From NCBI GenBank assembly GCA_965112155.1, contig OZ218112.1: 64,000 nt of DNA. One strand, given 5' to 3'. The notes below the pieces were generated by a model. That model searched no databases, was not told the DNA's origin, and saw nothing but the letters and a program-made list of their open reading frames with translations. Both the position numbers and the translations under genes were made by a program. This DNA is from Podarcis liolepis. Its lineage: Eukaryota. This document shows positions 37,901 through 48,135 of the stretch, piece by piece (position 1 is the stretch's first letter; every line of letters begins with the position of its first letter).

Positions 37901-38765
37901 CTGTCAATGAGTTCACTTTCTCCTTCCTCTGCAACCTACAGGCTTTGCCTTGGGCTGGGGCCCGATCCCATGGCTGTTGATGTCTGAAATATTCCCTCTC
38001 CGAGCTCGAGGCGTAGCCAGTGGTGCCTGCGTCTTAACAAATTGGCTCATGGCTTTTCTGATCACCAAGGAGTTCCATGACCTCATGGTAAGCAAGGATC
38101 ACAGCAGAACAGTTTACAGCAGGAGTGGGAGCAGTGGCCCCCATTTTCTTTTCAGCAACCTTCTGGGGGCCACATGCCAGTGGCAAAAATGGGTTGTTGT
38201 TCTTTTTGCCTACCATATGCAAGGATCCTGCTAGGGTGAAAAGCGGTAACCACGTTGTGACGTAGCCAGTGGAAGGACTAGGAGTCTCGGCTGCTTTTGC
38301 GACAGAGTTCTCATGCTTACTGAGAGCATCAGCCTGTGTCTGCAGTTACTACAGACATGCTAGGTTTCTGCATGCAGGGATATTCTGGATGAGAAAACAT
38401 TCTCTTATGTTGGGCATGGGGAACCTTTGGCCCTCTGGATGTTGCTGAAGTACACCTCCCATGAGCCCTAGCAAGTGTGGCTGATAGCCAGGGATAATGT
38501 AAGTTGTCATTCATCTACACTTAGAAGGTCAAAGGTTCCCCATTTGCCATCTCAAGAGTACAGCTCAACCACCTTGGTACTGCTTCTGGTTCTTAATCAG
38601 ACATCTCTTTCTCTTCTGCCCCAGGTTTTCCTGACGCCTCATGGTACTTTCTGGTTGTTTTGTGCCATGTGTTTCTCCAACGTGCTCTTTACCATACTCT
38701 TCGTTCCTGAAACCAGAGGGAAAAGCCTAGAAGAGATAGAGGCCTACTTCCAAAGATCACATTAG
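28846..38765 (+). CDS. SLC2A8: Solute carrier family 2 member 8 (GLUT8), whole spliced CDS, 10 coding exons, about 495 aa
   Basis: join(28846-28931, 30920-31082, 32242-32448, 32854-32953, 33718-33929, 35129-35275, 35542-35650, 35998-36174, 37942-38087, 38625-38765) = 1488 nt. Sugar-porter motifs DKFGRK, YISEIA, PETPR, QQxSGIN, GWGPIPW, PETRG; N-terminal dileucine ETRPLL and loop-9 NSS sequon typical of class III GLUT8. An in-frame upstream ATG at 28837 would add MGD. Confidence 0.95.
29817..30045 (-). mobile_element. Sauria SINE, 3' half
   Basis: Reverse (ACCTTT) tail and body homologous to the other copies. Confidence 0.75.
30920..31082 (+). CDS. SLC2A8: SLC2A8 coding exon 2 (TM1)
   Basis: [33 protein letters not shown]...ASWFG; tgcag| and GGG|gtaagt; 163 nt. 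Confidence 0.95.
31372..31700 (+). mobile_element. Sauria SINE
   Basis: Full length; 13-bp TSD gtatagagacata at 31359-31371 and 31701-31713. Confidence 0.88.
32242..32448 (+). CDS. SLC2A8: SLC2A8 coding exon 3
   Basis: [11 protein letters not shown]...DKFGRK...SLVVP; 207 nt, GT-AG. Confidence 0.96.
32854..32953 (+). CDS. SLC2A8: SLC2A8 coding exon 4
   Basis: [33 protein letters not shown]; 100 nt. Confidence 0.96.
33102..33327. mobile_element. Tc1/mariner (Tigger-like) MITE
   Basis: TA-CAGTGGTACCTC...GAGGTACCACTG-TA. Confidence 0.88.
33718..33929 (+). CDS. SLC2A8: SLC2A8 coding exon 5
   Basis: [12 protein letters not shown]...MPETPRFLL...NAEGQ; CAG|gtaagt donor; 212 nt. Confidence 0.95.
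34108..34450 (+). mobile_element. Sauria SINE
   Basis: Full length; 12-bp TSD cctcctggtata at 34096-34107 and 34451-34462. Confidence 0.88.
35129..35275 (+). CDS. SLC2A8: SLC2A8 coding exon 6
   Basis: [20 protein letters not shown]...[23 protein letters not shown]; 147 nt. Confidence 0.95.
35542..35650 (+). CDS. SLC2A8: SLC2A8 coding exon 7
   Basis: [36 protein letters not shown]; 109 nt; manual translation. Confidence 0.95.
35998..36174 (+). CDS. SLC2A8: SLC2A8 coding exon 8
   Basis: [27 protein letters not shown]...[14 protein letters not shown]; NSS sequon at 36066-36074; 177 nt. Confidence 0.93.
37642..37859. mobile_element. Tc1/mariner (Tigger-like) MITE
   Basis: TA-CAGTGGTACCTCGGGTTA...TAACCCGAGGTACCACTG-TA. 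Confidence 0.88.
37942..38087 (+). CDS. SLC2A8: SLC2A8 coding exon 9
   Basis: [48 protein letters not shown]; 146 nt. Confidence 0.96.
38625..38765 (+). CDS. SLC2A8: SLC2A8 last coding exon
   Basis: [12 protein letters not shown]...[20 protein letters not shown]. Confidence 0.96.
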   Translation, partial: VFLTPHGTFWLFCAMCFSNVLFTILFVPETRGKSLEEIEAYFQRSH

Positions 38766-39903
38766 CTGTTTGCAATCTTAGTGGGAGAACTTTTCCCCTT
38801 GGTCTTGGACTTAAGGTGTGGGTGGTGGTGGCTGGTGGGACCCAACCCTTCTTCAGAGATTTGCACGAATGTAAAGTCTTCACCGGGTTCAACTGGGTCC
38901 AGAGAACTGTCTGGGGTGTAGGTGTGGTCAAGATGAAAGGCAGGTTCATTTTGTGTGGGGCAATGACCTACCACTTTTCAGTATTACAGCACCACATACA
39001 GTATTACAGAATGGCAGGCATTGTTCAGTTTTCTGACATCTAGAACAAGGCGATTAAGAATTGGTTTCGAACAAAACATTGCTTTTCTCTGTTCGTTGGC
39101 CATGTTCTGTGTGGCCAGCCTTTTCTTCTTCTGCTGAGGACTGTATTCCTCGGGAGGGGGGGACCTGATGGGAGGGTCATCCTGGTAGTAGGTGGGGCTA
39201 GAGCCAAAAGTGGGTGCCCTCTCCCCTGGGCTCAACCTCTTCCTCTTTCTGCCATGACTACCTCTCTCTGCTGTCACTTCCTTTCTCTCTGTGTTTAGAA
39301 AGCTCTCACGAACTACCTTCTAATTCTGTGTAACCTGGGCCTACTCTATAGGTGTAGAGGAGTGAGGCAAAGAGTCCTGAAAAGGCACATTGAGCATTGC
39401 ACACAACGCGCACAAAAAACCTAGCAAAAGAGGGAAACAGGGTCTGACTTAGCCAACGTCACCAGACTATTTTGCACCCCAAGGTTTCTCACACAAACAG
39501 CAGCATTTTAAAATGAGATGCACCCATGCTGTCTGAAGTGGTATGCTACCAGTTCTTTCCATGGTATGTGTAGATTTTAAAGCGGCCAAAGGTTTGTTCT
39601 GATTTGCACACGGAACGTTGAACCTGGGCAATCACGTGGGATGATTTTTTAAAACTGAATGGGTTTCGACATACTGCTGCCCACTATTCCCCCCCCCCCC
39701 CGGTTCTTGAGTCCTGTTCAGGAGGTCAGTAGTGCTGTAACTGGGAAATGATAAAGCTCATTCCCATGATTGCATTTCTTGTCAATCTCTGCCCCAAGGT
39801 GACTCCATCTAAAATCATGTGATGGGGTGGATAGGGATTGGACCCAGTTCTGCTAGTAAGGTTCCAAAGTCTTTGTTTCCAGACTTCTAATCTTGTTTTG
39901 TGG

Positions 39904-39940
39904 AATAAAAGTTCAAGGATATGGTGCTACGTGGAATAAA
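39904..39940 (+). terminator. Probable SLC2A8 polyadenylation signals
   Basis: AATAAA at 39904-39909 and 39935-39940, followed by a U/GU-rich tract; about 1.15 kb after the stop codon. Confidence 0.65.
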
Positions 39941-40651
39941 CCAATATATTGAATTCCATCTGATGCTTTGGGCAAATCATCTTTGTTTTATTAATGTTCA
40001 GTTAATATTGAGTGCCATAAATAACACCGAGGGACAAACTAGGGAGGTCTACTGTCCCATTTTTTGACCAGAACATAAACTTCTGCTCATCAACTAGTTT
40101 TCCAGGATGTTGAGTTTATGGGGGGGGGGGGAGGGAGGGAGCTTCCAGGTCAGGAGTGGGGATTCATGCACATTCCCCTCTCCCAGTTAGAATTCATTAC
40201 AATTTCTACTTTCAAATCTATTCTTAAATTTCCTCCTAGACACATTTTTCACTTGGGTCTCCTGCACTGAGTCGGTCATCCTTAATCTGAAAGGTGTAGA
40301 ATGGAGTATAAGAACGTGTGTGCCGTTTTTGTGGGCTTGTGGTAGAAAAAAACACACTGGAGGATTTCTCCCACCCAGTATCTAGTAACTGAAATATTGG
40401 GCACAATCTAACCAATTCATTAGTGAAATTGTTAACCAGAATATGTTATTACGTATTTTATTATGAATTGCCTTTTTAATAATGCTTATTTTTTTACATT
40501 TCTTTTAAAACAGAGTAGAGATGGCTTGGGGTTTTATTTTTAAGGTGCACTTTAGAAAATGGTTTTGAGGTTTAGATGTTTCTACTGAGTAAGAAATCTT
40601 TGATGGCAAAGGATTTCCCCCAAAAATATACCGTTTACCAAAAGAAGCTAG

Positions 40652-40701
40652 CCTTCCTTCCTTCCTTCCTTCCTTCCTTCCTTCCTTCCTTCCTTCCTTC
40701 C
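40652..40701. repeat. (CCTT)n microsatellite
   Basis: Direct reading. Confidence 0.92.
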
Positions 40702-42397
40702 TGCTTTCCGTCAAGTGGGGGGAATTTTTGACCTTTCAGATGCTGCTGAACTGCAGCTTGCATTGTTAGTGAGCAACACCTAGCAGACACATGCCTGGTG
40801 CATGTTTTAAGTCTTTCTGCCTGATCCTGTGAATGTCTCCTCAAATGCAAGTCCCACACAATTCAATGAGACTTGCAGGTGTGTACAAGATTGCTTTCTC
40901 CACCCCCGCCCCCCCCCAAATATCAGTGTCAAGGAGTGTGACCAACATGAGTGATAATCTATGGTGTTGTCTATCTTATGTTTGTCTCATTTGTTACAAA
41001 TGTGCACCCCAAGGGGGCAGAAGAAGAGACCAAATGTCATAAATATTTATTACATATCAAGGAAGTAAAGTAAAGAAAAGAAAAACCCTACAGTTCATTT
41101 TACAGCTGTGGTCTATGGAACTTTTAGAACAGATTTCTGCCATTATATTTGTATTGTGATTCTCTTTCTTTACAGGCTACATTTGAAAACACAAAAGAGG
41201 GAAAACAATAATAAAAATAATAACAATACATTATTACTTTAGCATTTAAAAACAATGGCAATACAATCGAGTTTAAGACACTTGGTGGTAATTTAAACTT
41301 TGAGACTCACAAGAGGGGAAGCCACAGCCCAACAGTACATAATCGGTGAAAAGTACAAAACCCCACTAGATAACAGTCAAGGGACAGGATCCAGCAAAAG
41401 TTTGGTGCGACGAAAGCAGCAGCCTTATGGATGATGACCTAAGGACTAAGCTTGATGGAACACATTTGCACCTGTTTCCAAGTAAACATGCAGAGGATGG
41501 GAAAGGGCTGTAGCTCAGGGTCAGAGCTAGGCTCAAGCCCTGGAATCTCCAGGTAGTGCTTGGAAGGCAACCTGTCCAGAATCTTGGGCTGCTGTTGCCA
41601 GTAAATGCAGACACTACTGAGCTAGGTAGACCTAATGGTCTGACCCAGCACAAGGCAGCTTCCTATGACTATTGCAAGGCGGGGTTCATGAAACGCACTT
41701 TCCAGGGAACAAGGCCTGATTCCCCTGAGACTTAGTTCTGAGGAAACTTGCATAGGCCTCAGATCTGCCCAATTTCACTGAATTCAGACGGACTTAATTG
41801 TGCCTACACAGGTTGACTCGGCACTAAAGCCCAGTCACTGCTAGAATAGAGGAGTAGGGAGCCTAATGAAATCCTCAAGCTCCACCGAACTCCCCCAATT
41901 TCAGGCAAATCACCCCCTCCTACACACAAGAGTGTCTCCTAACAGCAGGGGTTAAGGAAACCCATCATAAAAAGGAAGCCCCCCAACAACTTGATAGGGG
42001 GTCCCATGACTGCAGCTTTACTCGGAAGTCAGTTCCCTTGCCAAAGAAGGCTGTTTGTCGCCAACCATGAGTTGTGCTGGATTCTGCTTGAGGGCTTTTT
42101 ATAAGGAAGGGTGGGGGGGACAAGCAACCAGGGTAGACAACAAATTTGTTTTATACAAACGTTAGCATTTGTGAGTGCTTTCCTTCTGGCAAGAGAAATA
42201 CATAATAAATATTAGGAAGTCCAAACCTGCAGAAAACACCCCACCCACCCCTTTTTTAAAAAAAGAAAGAAAGATAAAATCCTGCTCACTTGGACACACA
42301 AGAATGCCACTGGGTTGTGGTGGGGGAAGGACATGTGGACCTTCGGGTTCATCAAGTGTCAAATGGCACATACAGGACAGACATGCAAAGGTAGGGG

Positions 42398-42398
<1 letters not shown>

Positions 42399-42450
<52 letters not shown>
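42399..42450. repeat. (GT)n(GA)n microsatellite
   Basis: Direct reading. Confidence 0.9.
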
Positions 42451-44423
42451 TTAATGCTACAATCACGGCAAGGACCTTTAGTGCCACAAGGACTGGGTTG
42501 TAAGAGGCAAACTTTGCCAACTATTCTGGCAAATGATGTTCCTTGCTTTGAGATCTATTAGATCACAGACTTTTTTTATTTGGCAACAGTGGATGGTCTG
42601 GGGGCAGCAAACGCTGTTGCATCACCTGGGCACCTACTGTAATCAGCCTTTTTTTTTTTTTTTGAGGCAGCTCTTTCGGAGGAAGACCGGATAGAAAAGT
42701 ATAGATCATCTGCACTAGTAATGTTTGAGAACAAGCCTGAATGCTGGCTTTGTCCTCCAGAGCTGCCTTTGCAAACACAAAGATATAGTCAGAAAAAATG
42801 AGATGTATTGGATCTATTGGACTGGCTGGTGACAGAGCAGATGTGGGAGACCTGCACATATAACACCCCCTTAGGAACAGCTGGAACTTCTTGCGAGCTG
42901 GAAGTAGGGGCTGTTGTGACAGCAGCAAGCGGACTAATCTTCTCCCCTCAGCCTTATAAGCATGATCGAACACTTCAAGCACAAATGGATAAACAAAGAG
43001 ACAAATCCAATTCTCAAATGTTCCCAACTGATAGGAAGGGCAAGGGGAACGTGCTTACTATTCAAAAGTAAGCTGTAGACAGGGGACGATGCCACTGCAG
43101 TTATTATTACCATTAGGCTGGTTGTACATGTTCTTACAACCTCATCCCTATAGCAGAACACTCATTTAAGAGGCACAGTCACTCACCTAAGGCTACCTTG
43201 TGAGTCAGTGCTGCAACCAGAGAGGGAGAGAGGTCCTTGTGAGAACTGACTCTTGGGGGGGGGAGCAGTGGGAAGAGAAGCGCAGATTGTATTGAGGCCA
43301 GTGTTTAGAGGAGGCTGGTGACCTTCCATTAAAAGCTGCCGTGCCCCCCAAAATGTCTCCATCTCCAGGTACCGTATAGATAACTATATAGTTATTGTCA
43401 CGGAAAGAGAAAATGCAAGGTATCAGCAGGTCCAGAAAGCCAAAAAGAGGATTCATCAGCAACATTCTAGCATTAGCACTCCCTAGTTACCAAACAAATG
43501 AAAAAGCAATAGATGCTAAACAAATAGCTACATCAAGACAAAGAAGGAAATGCCAGATGTTCAGTTATGGAATATCTCAGAGGAGTGGGGTGTGCAGGAG
43601 GAGCTTTAATCCTCCCTCCCCCGAGCCAAACTATTTCAAGCCAAGTCTCAAAGGGACATAATCACTCAGTGGTAGAGAATCTGCTTGACACACAGGTTGA
43701 ATCCCCAATGGAATCTCCAGGCAGGCCTGGTAAGGACACCTTCCTGAAAGCCACTGCCAGTCAGTGTAGACAACAGTGGGCTAGATAGACCAGTGGGCTG
43801 ACTGGGGATAAGGCAGCTTCCAATGTTCTTATTTAATTCAGCCCTTTGTTCAGAATGATGAGGACTAGAATCTTACTTTGCTTTTAAGGGGCTAGAGCTC
43901 TGTTGTTAGAACACACACTTTGTATGTAGAATGTTCACAGTTCAAACCCTAGCATCTCAAGAATGTCTGCAGCTGGGAATGTCATTGCCTGCAACCCTCA
44001 TAGACTGCTGCTATTCAGTGTAGATAATACTGAACTAGAGGGAACGATGGACTAGTTCGGTATAAGACAGCCTTCTAGGTGCCAAGCTGTTGCAGCTGCC
44101 CATAGGACTGGCCTACATCTTACACACTGACCCCACCCAAGCAGTTTTCTCATAGGGAGCTTCTACCTCCTAGGGGAACACGTACCTGATGTAGTGCCTT
44201 CCTACCATGCTCTGATCCGTAACAAATGCTGCTGTTGGGATAAAATCCACTCTGCAGTGAGGACATTCCCTGTGGCACGTTTTCAAGCAGGGCTTGCACT
44301 AGAGAGATCAGAATTGCCAGTGGGAAGATGAATGAGGGTGCTGGAAAGGGATGATGCCGCTTAGATGTTGACATGAACCTACTTGATGTGGTGTAACTCC
44401 CAAATTAGAATTTCTTGTGCAGG

Positions 44424-44472
44424 AGCAAGCAAGCAAGCAAGCAAACAAACAAACAAACAAACAAACAAACAA
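44424..44472. repeat. (GCAA)n(ACAA)n microsatellite
   Basis: Direct reading. Confidence 0.9.
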
Positions 44473-47351
44473 AAATGGCCTACAATGGCGAAGGAGGGAA
44501 ATAGGGGGAAATGATTTCATTTAAGCAGAGGCATCAAGCCAGAGTCTCAGTTCCTCCATCAAGGGCCCAACAAGGTCTAAGGTAGGTGGTGGGAATTTCT
44601 GGCCCTCCGGCTGTTGATGGACTGTAACTCCCATCATCCCTGACGACTGGCCACACTGGCTGGGGCTGATGAGAGCTGTAGTTCAAAGACATCTAGAGGG
44701 CCAAAGGTTCCCCAACACTAAAAACCTCCCGGTGCTTTTTGTTTTTATTTAAGAAAAGCTGGGTGCTTTCGCATGCAAAGTTATGTGCTCTAACTACTTA
44801 GATGTACAGCACTTCTGTTGGTAGGGATTCTACAAATCTGGAAAAGGCTCTGCCTAACTCTCCTCCCATGTATGTGTGGAGGGAGGCGTCATCCACATGT
44901 CAGCTCAAGTTAAGAGCTTCTAGGTAAGAGAGTAAAAGGTGTGGCTTCTTCACTCACACAGTTCTTAAGCCATCATTAGTTTCCTACTGTGAGTGATTGA
45001 GCTGAATCTGGGACTCAGTAGGCCTGTTAATCAGGCTCAGACAGGTGACCAATCTCACTTGCTACTGGCAATGCCAACTGGCTGTCAAGATGGCAACATC
45101 ACAAAGCACTATGATGTACACACATGACATTGCATTCCTTTTCCCTATGCAAAGAGGAGGCCTGAGTTTGTCAGACTTGAGATCCCGCCCACCCCATCTC
45201 ACCTGAACAGCAACTGCAAGCTTTTCCGTTGCTAAGGGTTCAGTCCACTTGCATCAAGTTGGAAATTTAAGTCATGCAGCTTCTGCACATACTTGAGCAG
45301 GCTACATGCAACAAGCTAACCTGTACAGCTATGTTGTCACCTTTAGCAGATGCCATGGCTCCTGTATCTAATGGGCACAATGTTGAACTGTTTTAAATTG
45401 CTACAAGCATCTCACCAAGGATGGATTAAGTGCTCTGTTCTACTGGCAAATGTAAGGCAATTGTGTAATAGAGGGGACAGAGGGGCTGGACTCATGGAAT
45501 ATTGGTGGGCAAAGGAGGTAGGAGAAGGGAAGCTGCAACTTCGAAATCTGTAAGCAGGAACCAAGCGGAATTTCACACTTCTGCCCTGCTAGGATCCCTT
45601 TCCAGACCCACCCACTTCCAGTCCCAAAGCAGACACATGCCTTTGCCATTAAAAAAAAAATACCCTGCAATAAACCTGTTTTTCTTTAAAAATGAAAAGT
45701 TAACCATTCTATCACACGGCAAGCTGAAATCTCTCTCATCTATTGCTATGCCATAAAAGCCCTGCTTTGTGGCAAAGGCAGGCCGTTCTGTCCTTTTTCT
45801 AAGCACATCGTTAATTAAAAGTATTGCTTCGTTTATTGATCAGTTGCTTTAAGAGCAGGAAAATAAATAAATACATACATACATAAGAAAGACTCCGTTC
45901 CCTCACCCCCCATGGAAGCAAGATGGGATCCCTCACAGGACAGGTAGTTTAAGTTGATCTGTGTGAAGTTGTATAAATCAGTGTCTGCAACTTTATAAAA
46001 AGAAGAAGAAGGAAATGAATCAAGAGAAGGTAAGTGGGGAGCAAAGGCCTTTGGGGTTCAACACCTCCCATGTGGCAGGAGCATATATTCTGCAGACGGA
46101 GAACTATCATCAAATGGTATTTTCCATGCTGCACCAGCTTTCCATATCCAACTTCCATTTTCTTCTCAGAAAAGAGCAGTATGTGGACAGCTAAGGGCAA
46201 TGTGAGAGGGAAGACAGGTTGTTGTCTTTGAGATTTCTGAAAGGGGGGGAGGGAGGGAGGGGGGAGAGCGAGAGCGAGAAGAGATTTCCCTTCCCATGCA
46301 GCATGCACATCTCTTCCCTGTTAAAGAGGTTTGGCAGGTTTTGGAAATACAAATGCCCCCCAAAGTCTGTTCAGCAGAAGCAAGAGGAGTGTAAATGCCC
46401 TGGAGCAGTGTTTCCTCTTCAATGCACCCCCCACACCCCAGGAATGCAGCTCTTACCTGGTGTCTGTGGATAATCATTTTAGCTAATCAGCAAATGTGCC
46501 AATAGTCCTGAGACCAGGATGAGGGTTGCCTGCTCACTCAAAACATTTATACTTTTGGAGGGCACAGAATTTATTTGTAGTCTGATCATCCCAACCTTTT
46601 TTTTTTTGCTGTGAATGTGAGGAAGAGTTTCGCCATTCACGTCTGCATCAGCTACTCCAAATAAAGTATCCAGATTGCCAAGTGAGTGCGGGGAAGGAAC
46701 TGGGGCAAATTAATGGTTTAAGACGTTACTTAAAACACTACAACCTTCCCTGGCTACCTGCTATGCTAGTCTGAAGAGATAAGGACCGCTGTTTAATCAC
46801 AGTAGATTAAACTGATTAAAAAGTCTTTCTAATCAGGTAACATAGATTTTATTTTTTGTTAAATCAATAATTTTTAATTTAAGCACGTCTTAAAAATTGC
46901 AGTTGGTCATAGAAGGGTCATCCCCTTCACAAGGCCTATTCTGAGATGGTGCGTCCTGTGACATATGGATGCACCATTCAGAAATGAAGGAATGATGCTG
47001 TTTGTGAGTCTTCCTGGGCAGCATGATGAAAGAAGAGGAAGGGCGCAGAGCTTCTCTTTGGCAAAAAGAGGAGCTTGGGAAGATGGGGAGCCTGGAAGCT
47101 AAATCCTGCTTTGGGTTAGTGGGATGTACAGCACCCAACTTTCCCTCTTCCTCATTCCTAGCCCTTTAGCAATGTAAGAGAGAGAGAGTGGAGCTTTTCC
47201 CTCCTCGGCCATCTCCCTCCCACTTATAAAGTTGTTGCAACAAACCGAGCAAGGGAAATGTCACCCTCTCTCCTCTTGCAGGAGATATGGGTCCTCCTCC
47301 GAGGCCACTTGTGCCCCCAGCCAAAGTTCCTATTGCAGCACAGCCTGCTGG

Positions 47352-47550
47352 CTTAGGGAAGGGCCCTAGCTCAGTGGTGGAGAATCTGCTTTGCCTGCAG
47401 AAGGCTCCAGGTCTAATCCCTGGCATCTCCAGGTAGGATTTGGGATGACCATAGTCTGAAACCCTGGAGAGTTGCTGCTATTCAGTGCAGACGATACTGA
47501 GTTAGATGGACCAATGGTTTGACTGGTATACAGCGGCTCCCTATGTTCCT
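47352..47550 (+). mobile_element. tRNA-derived squamate SINE (representative of at least 10 decayed copies)
   Basis: A/B boxes (tagctcagtgg...ggtctaatccc) and shared body; other copies near 8640, 9685, 23465, 31115, 41505, 43655, 43890 (+) and 3800, 31800, 59830 (-). Confidence 0.7.
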
Positions 47551-47981
47551 ACAAAATGTGTTTGGGGGGGGGCTTAGGAGGATCTCCCAGCTTTGTGTCA
47601 CTGTGGAGTTTATAACAAGTTCTCCGATTCCCCCAAATGTGGACAGCCTTTTTAAACTGAAAACTAATGTTTAAGTCATATACGCTTTAATCAATTAACT
47701 GATTAAAACTCGTCTGCTCCACCAGCTGAGATTCCTGTGATGGGGTGAGTGCCCTAATATTCAACCAAGGAGAATAAAATATGCCACGTCCCACCTGCCC
47801 TTTCCATCTGAATAAGCTGGAAATACTGGGCATTCTGGATCTTGATTGCCTATGTATATATTCTGTACTCCAGAATTATCAGGAAATGTAGTGTGATGTT
47901 TCTATACTGTTTAGAGAGTCATAACAAATGGGGGGGTGGGGGGGTCTGGGAAGGTGTGCAAGTGCTGTGTCCAGATTGTCT

Positions 47982-48135
47982 TCACTTCAAGTCAATGGTG
48001 TCTTCATCAAAGGAAGCCCCAAGCTGAAAGAGGCTGCTGGACTGGGGGCTCTCGTCCCGTGTAGTGGTGTCGGGGTCTGAACTGGTGGAGAAGTGGCGCT
48101 CTTCAGAAGTGCTTTCGAAAGAGCATGCAACGAGC
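47982..48135 (-). CDS. GARNL3: GARNL3 last coding exon (...FQLGASFDEDTIDLK*)
   Basis: Within ORF 47982..48221; cacag| acceptor. Confidence 0.94.

Noticed and set aside
43380-43405. U12-like branch point (TTTCCGTGAC, minus strand) and 16-bp AT palindrome
   Set aside because: Mismatch to the TCCTTRAC consensus and no U12-type donor (RTATCCTT) found upstream.
47352-47430. tRNA-like sequences
   Set aside because: These are heads of tRNA-derived SINEs with decayed cloverleaves, not tRNA genes.
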